Assembly (NCBI GenBank): GCA_027319565.1
Contig: DAHVNA010000001.1
Span: forward strand, 75,526 to 139,525
From: Elusimicrobiota bacterium
GTDB taxonomy: Bacteria > Elusimicrobiota > Elusimicrobia > UBA1565 > UBA9628
Direction: 5' to 3'
DNA length: 64,000 nt
The position numbers were made by a program, and so were the translations under genes. Positions 57,392 through 64,000 of this stretch are shown one piece after another (position 1 is the first letter of the stretch; each line of letters begins with the position of its first letter). The notes below the pieces were generated by a model that had not been told where the DNA came from, did not search any database, and saw only the letters and a program-made list of their open reading frames with translations.

Positions 57392-58277
57392 TGGCAAAAC
57401 TAAGTCCCTGACCTGCGGTATATCCAAAGGCCTTAAAGATCAAAACCTTTCCGGCTTCTTGAGTTCCGAGCTTGGCCGGCACCATAAAAAACACCGCCTC
57501 AAAGGCGTTTGAGAGAGCTTCGATGACCAAGGCCGTAAAGGCGTCAATGGGCAGATTCATAAATGAGCAGATGACTGCCACTTCAATCATCATTGAGGCG
57601 TATCCAACGGTAAAAAACAAGACGGAAAAGCCCATCCGAATGGGATGCGCCGTTAAATAGCGTCTCATGTTCTCCCGAATGGCCGAAATTCCGGGCCCGC
57701 CGATATCGCAAAAAAATTTTCCTTGTTTGTTTTTATAGGCGAGAATAAAGAGAGAAAAGGCGATTAGCCCGGCGACAAACAGGGCTCCTAAAACGATCCA
57801 AAGAATTTCTCCGCCGTCTAAGGCGTTCATTTTTCCTAATATTAAAAATAAAATTCCGACTAAAATAAAGGCCATTTGCCCGAGGCTTTGAGAGAGTTTG
57901 CCGATAAAGACGCTGGTGTTTTTTATTTCGGAAGAAAGTTCGCTTCCCAAAAAAGGCGGGCGGACAAATTCTCCGGCGACGGTAGCCGATGGAGTGAGAT
58001 AATTGACCCCGTCGCCCGCGAGTCTGCCTTGAGCCAAGGACAGAAAGCGAACTTTATTCCCGTCTTGGGGCGCCAAGGTAAAACGCCAGGCCCAGGCATT
58101 GAGGCTTTGTTCAAGAATCGGAATGGGGAGAATGGCGAGAAAACCCCAAAGACCGAACTCGCGGATATGCGCGAGTATTCTAGCGGGGCCGAGATGATGG
58201 ATGAGGAAAAAAAGCGTAATCAGCCCGATGATGATGACAAGCCGGTGAAACCAAAGAAGAGCTTTTTTAGAGCTCAT
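57273..58277 (-). CDS. HpnL-like flippase-domain membrane protein (UPF0104)
   Basis: RLAGDGVNYLTPSATVAGEFVR, VPAKLGTQEAG, IRHIREILW; located in the hpn cluster. Confidence 0.78.
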   Translation of the reverse strand: MSSKKALLWFHRLVIIIGLITLFFLIHHLGPARILAHIREFGLWGFLAILPIPILEQSLNAWAWRFTLAPQDGNKVRFLSLAQGRLAGDGVNYLTPSATVAGEFVRPPFLGSELSSEIKNTSVFIGKLSQSLGQMAFILVGILFLILGKMNALDGGEILWIVLGALFVAGLIAFSLFILAYKNKQGKFFCDIGGPGISAIRENMRRYLTAHPIRMGFSVLFFTVGYASMMIEVAVICSFMNLPIDAFTALVIEALSNAFEAVFFMVPAKLGTQEAGKVLIFKAFGYTAGQGLSFAIIRHIREILWSSFGFLIYLSHRAKTTRYPNAPELLKSAD

Positions 58278-59446
58278 CTTTCTGCGGCAACTAAAGCGGG
58301 CTCGTCAATAGTTTCGGGGAAGGAATAGGCTTCTCCTCTCCAGGAGACGGATTGGTTTTTCCAGCCATATCCCCAGGCGAAAAAAATGATGATTTCGTTT
58401 AAGGGCAACAGGAAAAAAGAGCGCCAGTTTGACTTCACGCCGGAGGCGTCTAAAATCCGCTGCTGCGCCAAAAATTTGGATAAAACGACGGCGGCCATCA
58501 ACATGAGAGCGTTTGAACTAGGGCCAAAGAGAAATAAAGAGAGAATGAGCAGAGAAAACCCATGGAGAAACAAAAGCCCTAGGTATCCAGAAGCGCGGCA
58601 GGTCCGAATCGTGTGGGCCCAGCGAATCTGGTGCTTAAGGTATTTGAGAAACCCTGAATCTTCTGTCACGCATTCGACTAAACAAGAGGCGGCAGCGATT
58701 TGAAGCCCAAGGGCTTTGACCGCTTCGCCTAAAACAAAATCATCGGCTAGGTGGCGGGAGAGATACTCAAATCCGCCGATTTTTTCAAAAACCTCTTTGC
58801 GAATCAGCATCGCCGCTCCCATCGCAAAACGCATCCCAAAAGAATAAGCCGCCATGGCTTGGGGGAGAAAATAGGCGTTGATGGATAATGCTTCCATCGA
58901 GGGCCAGAACTTGCGGCTTTGAGCCCCCTGGTAAAAGGAGGTGACCAGCCCAATTTGGGGGTTTGAAAGGGGTTCGGTCATGCGCTTTAGGAAATCTTTT
59001 TGGACTCGGACATCGGAGTCGGCCATCATTAAGAGGGGATATTTAATGAAAGCTTGAGCGGAAGAGACGTTATTGATTTTAGGGTTAAGCCCCTTAAGGG
59101 AATTGCCTTGAGAGAAAACAATTTCAATATCTTGTTCCGGAAATTTTTCCTTTATTTTTTGCGCGATCGAAGTGGCGGGGTCATCGGGGTTTGTAATGGT
59201 GAGGATGATTTGAAACAGTGGGTAATCAAGAGAACAAAAGCTTTCTAAATTTTCGGCTAGCCCCGGTTCGTTGCCCTTGAGCGGTTTAAGAATGGTAACC
59301 GGAGGACAAAAATCAGACTGGGATTTCCTTTTTTTTAGAATGGAAGGGGCAAGAAGAGCCGTTAAAAGAGAAAAGGCGATTGAAAAAACGGCGATTCCGT
59401 AGAGAAAGAAGAAAACCACATCAACGGCTGCCGGTTGAGAAATCAT
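58274..59446 (-). CDS. hpnI: Bacteriohopanetetrol glucosamine glycosyltransferase (GT21/ceramide glucosyltransferase-like)
   Basis: PPVTILKPLKG, NPKINN, DSDVRV, LADDFVLG, QIRWAHT. Confidence 0.87.
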   Translation of the reverse strand: MISQPAAVDVVFFFLYGIAVFSIAFSLLTALLAPSILKKRKSQSDFCPPVTILKPLKGNEPGLAENLESFCSLDYPLFQIILTITNPDDPATSIAQKIKEKFPEQDIEIVFSQGNSLKGLNPKINNVSSAQAFIKYPLLMMADSDVRVQKDFLKRMTEPLSNPQIGLVTSFYQGAQSRKFWPSMEALSINAYFLPQAMAAYSFGMRFAMGAAMLIRKEVFEKIGGFEYLSRHLADDFVLGEAVKALGLQIAAASCLVECVTEDSGFLKYLKHQIRWAHTIRTCRASGYLGLLFLHGFSLLILSLFLFGPSSNALMLMAAVVLSKFLAQQRILDASGVKSNWRSFFLLPLNEIIIFFAWGYGWKNQSVSWRGEAYSFPETIDEPALVAAER

Positions 59447-59452
59447 TCCAGA

Positions 59453-60910
59453 CTAGACAGCCGCCATGTCTTTTTTTGGGGCTTCGGCTTTGGCGGTTTT
59501 TCGATTTCGCAGATACTGGAAAAACTCTTTTCCTTCCCGCAGACGGCGTCTGCGCTCGTTGGGATCTTTGAGCATTCCGGCCAGTATTCTCAAAATGGGT
59601 TTCGGGCGGGCATAGAACCGTGAATAAAAGCGCAAGACCGCCTGTTCAATCTCAGAGCTTGAAAGATGCGGATAGTGAAGCGTGCAGGCCTGGGTGCCGT
59701 CCGAGCGGGACAAAGCGCTTTCGTCATACCATTTGTTGGCCATCGCTTGGCGATAAAGTTCGGTGCCGGGATAGGGTGCCGACAAGGAGACCTGGATCGT
59801 CTTAACGTCGAGTTCGCAGGCGTATTTCATCGTTTCTTCGATAGTGTCCTTGGTCTCGCCGGGAAGGCCCAGAATAAAACAGCCGTGAATATCAATTCCA
59901 AGTTTTCGGCAGTTTTTCGTAAATTCCTTGGCGATATCGGTGCGGACGCCTTTTTTGATGTTGTTGAGAATTTGCTGATTGCCGGATTCATATCCGACGA
60001 GCAAGAGGCGAAGCCCATTTTCCCTGAATATTTTTAAATATTCATAAGGGATGTTCGCGCGTGAATTGCAAGCCCAGGTAATTCCCAGTTTTTTAAGCCC
60101 TTTGGCGATTTCAACGGCGCGAGAGAGATTAGCCGTGAAGGTATCGTCATCAAAGAAAAAATCCTTGACTTGAGGAAACATTTCTTTGGCCCGGGCCATT
60201 TCAGCGATAACGCTTTGAGCGGAACGGACGCGATAAAGATGTCCGCTGACGGTTTGGGGCCACAGGCAAAAGCTGCAACGGGCCGGGCAGCCGCGGCCGG
60301 TGTAGAGAGAAAGATAGGGGTGTCGCAGATAGCCGTTAAAATAGTTTTCGATGGTTAAATCTCTTTTGTAAACATCGATGACGGAGGGAAGTTCATCCAT
60401 GTTTTCAATCAGCGGGCGATCGTTGTTGTGAAAGATCGCTCCATTTTTTCGATAACTCATCCCTAAAATATCTTCCCAAGGTTTTCCTTGTGCGATTTCA
60501 AGAATGGTATAGTCAAATTCTTCGCGGGCGACAAAGTCGAGATGCGGAGCGGCTTCCAATGACTCTTGGGGCAAAACCGCGACATGGGCGCCGACAAATC
60601 CCATGAGCATCTGAGGATAAGTGTCTTTGAGGGCTTTGGCCACTTTAATGTCGCTGTCGAAAGAGGGAGTGGAGGTATGAATGACGCAGAGTTCAAAGCC
60701 CTTGGCCCTTTGGATGACTTCGGCTAAACTCAAATCATCGGCGGGAGCGTCGATCAGTTTTGAACTTGGAATCATCGCCGCCGGCTGGGCCAACCAGGTT
60801 GGATACCAAAACGAGCGCACCTCCCGAGTGGTTTGATAGCGGGATCCGGCTCCGCCGTCGAATCCTTCAAAAGAAGGTGGATTTAGAAAAAGGGTTCTCA
60901 TTGTATTCAT
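59453..60910 (-). CDS. hpnJ: Hopanoid biosynthesis-associated radical SAM protein
   Basis: TLFLNPPSFEGFDGGAGSRYQ..REVRSFWYPTWLAQ N-terminus; GRGCPARCSFCLWPQT. Confidence 0.93.
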   Translation of the reverse strand: MNTMRTLFLNPPSFEGFDGGAGSRYQTTREVRSFWYPTWLAQPAAMIPSSKLIDAPADDLSLAEVIQRAKGFELCVIHTSTPSFDSDIKVAKALKDTYPQMLMGFVGAHVAVLPQESLEAAPHLDFVAREEFDYTILEIAQGKPWEDILGMSYRKNGAIFHNNDRPLIENMDELPSVIDVYKRDLTIENYFNGYLRHPYLSLYTGRGCPARCSFCLWPQTVSGHLYRVRSAQSVIAEMARAKEMFPQVKDFFFDDDTFTANLSRAVEIAKGLKKLGITWACNSRANIPYEYLKIFRENGLRLLLVGYESGNQQILNNIKKGVRTDIAKEFTKNCRKLGIDIHGCFILGLPGETKDTIEETMKYACELDVKTIQVSLSAPYPGTELYRQAMANKWYDESALSRSDGTQACTLHYPHLSSSEIEQAVLRFYSRFYARPKPILRILAGMLKDPNERRRRLREGKEFFQYLRNRKTAKAEAPKKDMAAV

Positions 60911-60928
60911 CGGGATATACCTCTTTAT

Positions 60929-61435
60929 TTAGGCGGCAGACGGAATCAACTTCAGAGCGGCTGTTTCAAGCGAGAAAAGCGTGGCGGTAAAAAATAGGTC
61001 GCCTAGGGCCGAGTTTCTTAAAAAGGGAAGGGCGGCGGTATAGCAAGCCAGAAGCCCTGAACTGTTGTGGGGGTAGAGACTTGAAGTCGCCCAAACCCCA
61101 AAATTAGTCACGACAAAAAATAGAAGAGAGCTCGTTACGCAGGCTAGGGCGATGGTTTGGGCGTTTCGGCGGCTTTTGAGGAAAAGCCCCAGAGCCGAGA
61201 CTAAAATGAAGGAAGCGTAGACAAACGGCATGGTTCCGTGAAAGCCCAGAAATAAATCGCTGACAAAAAGCGCCGCCAGGGGGACGGTCAAAGCCAAGGC
61301 GGGGGATAAATAAGCTCCGCCCAGAAGCGCGATGGCGGTTAAAGGGGTGACATTGGCCGGATGGGGCAAAAGCCGTGCCACGGCCCCCATTAAAATGATG
61401 CTGGCCGTAACTGTGATTGTTTTCTTGTTATTCAT
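60929..61435 (-). CDS. DUF6580/BtuM-like putative vitamin (cobalamin) transport membrane protein
   Basis: RLLPHPANVTP, SDLFLG, FFVVTNFGVW, GLLACYTAALPF. Confidence 0.7.
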   Translation of the reverse strand: MNNKKTITVTASIILMGAVARLLPHPANVTPLTAIALLGGAYLSPALALTVPLAALFVSDLFLGFHGTMPFVYASFILVSALGLFLKSRRNAQTIALACVTSSLLFFVVTNFGVWATSSLYPHNSSGLLACYTAALPFLRNSALGDLFFTATLFSLETAALKLIPSAA

Positions 61436-61459
61436 ATCTTTTCTATTATACCAAATTAA

Positions 61460-62170
61460 TTAACTCCGCATTAAAAGAAGGCTGCCCTCAAAAAGAAGTA
61501 TTGAAAACGCGGCGAGCGCGATTTGTGAAACCGGATCGGGGGTGACGAGAACGGGCGCGATAAAGCAAAGGAGATAAATCTGCCGCCAATATCCCCGCAA
61601 AACCGATTTTTTAAGAAGCCCCGCCCGGTTGAGCCCGTAGAGAATCAAGGGAAATTGAAAAAGAAGTCCGCAGCCGAGCATGAGATGAACGACAAAGCGC
61701 AGGTAATGCTCGAGCCCGATCAAGGGTTTAATTTGAGGCGTTCGATAGGATAAAAGAAATTTGAGCGCGGCGGGAACGGCGATGAAAAAAGCGAGACAAG
61801 CTCCGACTAAAAAAAGAAGATAAGAGATGGGAATCATCGTCAGAATTCTTTTTTTCCAAGACTCCGAGAGGGCCGGAGCCGCGAAAAGATAGGCTTGGCC
61901 TAAAATAAAAGGCAAGGTCAGTATTAGCCCGGCAAAAGCGGAGACCTCAAGCCGGGTGAAGAAGGCTTCGGTCGGGTTCATAAAGACAAGATATCCGACC
62001 GGCCTTGCCAAAAATGAGAGAAGGGGGCCTGAAAAATAAAATCCGATGGCGACCCCAACGGAAAGAATGGCGACTGAAATAGTGACTCTTTTTCTCAGTT
62101 CATCAAGATGCGACAAAAAAGGCATTGTCGCCTCTGTTTTGACGGGAGCTTCAAGAACCTCTGCGCTCAT
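61460..62170 (-). CDS. tatC: Twin-arginine translocase subunit C
   Basis: MPFLSHLDELRKR, PTEAF, FQFP, TPDPVSQ. Confidence 0.93.
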   Translation of the reverse strand: MSAEVLEAPVKTEATMPFLSHLDELRKRVTISVAILSVGVAIGFYFSGPLLSFLARPVGYLVFMNPTEAFFTRLEVSAFAGLILTLPFILGQAYLFAAPALSESWKKRILTMIPISYLLFLVGACLAFFIAVPAALKFLLSYRTPQIKPLIGLEHYLRFVVHLMLGCGLLFQFPLILYGLNRAGLLKKSVLRGYWRQIYLLCFIAPVLVTPDPVSQIALAAFSILLFEGSLLLMRS

Positions 62171-62556
62171 GGGGCCGGGAATAGGGTCTCTTCTTTTCCT
62201 TCAAACCAAGGCAATCGAATGACCTTGATTCCGAGATTTTTAATGAGGGCTTCGGTCTCCTCGTCTGGAATTTTCTGATCATAACCCAAGGCTAGAATGT
62301 CCGGCTTTTCCTTTAAAAGCGATTGGGAAAAGCTGTTTTCTTCTCCGACTCGGGCCGAATCGGCGATTTTAAGATCTTTGATCCATTGAAGGCGAATGGC
62401 GGACGGGACGGCATTCGCCTTTTTGTTGTGGGTGTCGCTGGACAAAATAACAATCAACTCATCTCCAAGATTTCGCGCTTCCTTAAGCATCTTAAGATGA
62501 GCTTTGTGGACGCGGTTAAAGCATCCAGCGGTGAATACTTTGCGCTTGGAGCTCAA
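62167..62556 (-). CDS. Cytidylyl/adenylyltransferase (HxGH superfamily; TagD/RibL/RfaE-like)
   Basis: FTAGCFNRVHKAH, KPDILALGYDQ. Confidence 0.8.
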   Translation of the reverse strand: MSSKRKVFTAGCFNRVHKAHLKMLKEARNLGDELIVILSSDTHNKKANAVPSAIRLQWIKDLKIADSARVGEENSFSQSLLKEKPDILALGYDQKIPDEETEALIKNLGIKVIRLPWFEGKEETLFPAP

Positions 62557-62559
62557 TGT

Positions 62560-62754
62560 CTAAGGTTTTGGGAGAGCGTCCTGGGTTTTGGCCGCTTCGA
62601 TTTTTTTGTCTTCTTCCAGGCCTTCCTTGAGGCCTTGCTTGAACATGTTGACCGCGCGTCCGCATTGCTTGGCGAATTCCGGTATTTTATTGGGGCCAAA
62701 CAAAATGAGCCCGACAATTAGAATAACTAGAATTTCTCCGAAAGAAAGATCCAT
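62560..62754 (-). CDS. tatA: Twin-arginine translocase subunit A
   Basis: GEILVILIVGLILFGPNKIPE...FKQG; GGAGG Shine-Dalgarno before ATG 62754. Confidence 0.92.
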   Translation of the reverse strand: MDLSFGEILVILIVGLILFGPNKIPEFAKQCGRAVNMFKQGLKEGLEEDKKIEAAKTQDALPKP

Positions 62755-62810
62755 AATTCCTCCATCAAGAAGGGGACATCTCCCACTTCTTTTATATATC
62801 ATATCACGAA

Positions 62811-63506
62811 ATGAAGCGGGCGAACCGTTATTGGGGTGTCGGGGTGGCGGTTTTTTTTCTTTCTGCCTGTTCCAACAAGAAAATGGCGGGCGGAAATGGG
62901 CGCGCTTATTATCAGGCTTTGAATTGCCAGGTCTGTCACCGCATTGGAAATGAAGGGGGAGCTCAAAAAGGGCCGGATCTCTCTTTTGTCGGGTTTCGGA
63001 AAAGCGCCGACTGGCTTAATCTCTGGCTTAAAAATCCCCAGGCTTGGAAACCGCAAACCCCCATGCCGAATTTCCATCTATCCTCTTCGGCGCGCAAGGC
63101 CCTGGTGGAATATTTGTCAAGCCTTAAAGGCCAGGTTTTTGATGGACATCGGCCATGGAATACTCCGGAGATTCGCCGCGATCCTATTTTGCGCGGGCAT
63201 ATAATTTATATTCGGGTTGGTTGCGTAACCTGTCATGGAATTGGCGGCGTTGGCGGTTATCCCGACAACAATGTCGTGGGGGGGCTGATTCCACCGCTCA
63301 ATTCCGTTTCGCAGTCGTTTACCAAAGAGGAATTGATTCGGAAAATAAAATTGGGCGCGACGCCCCAGAAAGCCAACCCCGAAGGTCCTACGCCGCTTCT
63401 TCAGATGCCAGCTTGGGGGCAGGTTTTAAGCGATGGGGAAATTTCCGCGGTCGCCGATTATCTTCTTTCGCTTAAATCCAAACAATCGGCGGCGGGAAAT
63501 TGGTAG
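62811..63506 (+). CDS. Diheme c-type cytochrome lipoprotein
   Basis: Lipobox LSAC; CQVCH...MP and CVTCH...MP (His/Met ligation). Confidence 0.88.
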   Translation: MKRANRYWGVGVAVFFLSACSNKKMAGGNGRAYYQALNCQVCHRIGNEGGAQKGPDLSFVGFRKSADWLNLWLKNPQAWKPQTPMPNFHLSSSARKALVEYLSSLKGQVFDGHRPWNTPEIRRDPILRGHIIYIRVGCVTCHGIGGVGGYPDNNVVGGLIPPLNSVSQSFTKEELIRKIKLGATPQKANPEGPTPLLQMPAWGQVLSDGEISAVADYLLSLKSKQSAAGNW

Positions 63507-63519
63507 GATGAAAAGATAG

Positions 63520-64000
63520 ATGGCAATTTCAAGCTTGCGCGGGCGCGTGATTGATTCCAGAAACGATCGGGTGGTGTTTGAGGTTTCCGGCGTGGGCTAT
63601 GAGGTTTTTGTTTCCCGCGGGGCTATCGAAAGAATGATTCAAGAAGGCAATGGCGAGATTTTGATTCAAATCGTGTCTGTATCCGCAATGTATGGAGGCG
63701 GAGAAACCTTCTACGGCTTTTTGACGGCGGAAGAAAAAGAGGTGTTTTTGCTTTTTAAAGACAATATCCCCGGAACCGGGGCGAAAAAAGCCATGGAGTA
63801 TGTGGAAAAAGCCGCGAAGTCTTTTCCTGATTTTCGGCGCGCCGTCCTCGAGAAAGACTCAAAAGTCTTGGGAGCGATTTTCGGCTTTACCTCTAAAACC
63901 GCGGACAAATTAATCGCCGGGCTTAAAGACAAGATCGGGGATATATCGCTAGGCGGAGTCGAAAAAATACGGCGCGCGCCCTTGGCGGCGGATACTTCTC
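63520..64000 (+). CDS. ruvA: Holliday junction branch migration protein RuvA (runs off window end)
   Basis: Manual translation: MAISSLRGRV...EVSGVGYEV...FYGFLTAEEKEVF...IPGTGAKKA...KTADKLIAGLKDK. Confidence 0.88.
   Translation, partial: MAISSLRGRVIDSRNDRVVFEVSGVGYEVFVSRGAIERMIQEGNGEILIQIVSVSAMYGGGETFYGFLTAEEKEVFLLFKDNIPGTGAKKAMEYVEKAAKSFPDFRRAVLEKDSKVLGAIFGFTSKTADKLIAGLKDKIGDISLGGVEKIRRAPLAADTS

Overview
Gene-dense bacterial chromosomal window (about 50% GC, standard code). Gene style tentatively suggests Elusimicrobiota; this is inference, with no marker gene present. No prophage, IS transposase or CRISPR is visible. From left to right: (1) the membrane arm of a Hyf/Ehr-type group-4 hydrogenase-like complex, headed by an HTH-PTS EIIA gene. 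(2) A tightly coupled 13-gene, 15.8 kb minus-strand operon joining pilMNOPQ to an O-antigen-ligase/OTase-like gene, two YfhO-like GT-C proteins, GT9, polyprenol-P-sugar synthase, a flippase, GT4 and an asnB-like amidotransferase. (3) Housekeeping genes: 2-oxoacid dehydrogenase E1, anmK, a two-component pair, ClC, GPx, acnA, etfBA with a sarcosine-oxidase-like gene, tRNA-Gly and tRNA-Tyr. (4) A second T4P/T2SS-like operon, headed by an O-ligase-TPR gene, with a frameshifted pilO, a Gly/Met-rich secretin and four Cys-rich pilins. (5) Hopanoid side-chain genes hpnK/L/I/J with a BtuM-like transporter, then tatA/tatC, a diheme cytochrome c and partial ruvA. The most notable observations are the candidate pilus-linked GT-C glycosylation system, two palindromic repeat elements inserted in frame in genes (one inside a cleavable prepilin leader), a structured two-state element after tRNA-Gly, and recurrent leaderless promoter architecture.
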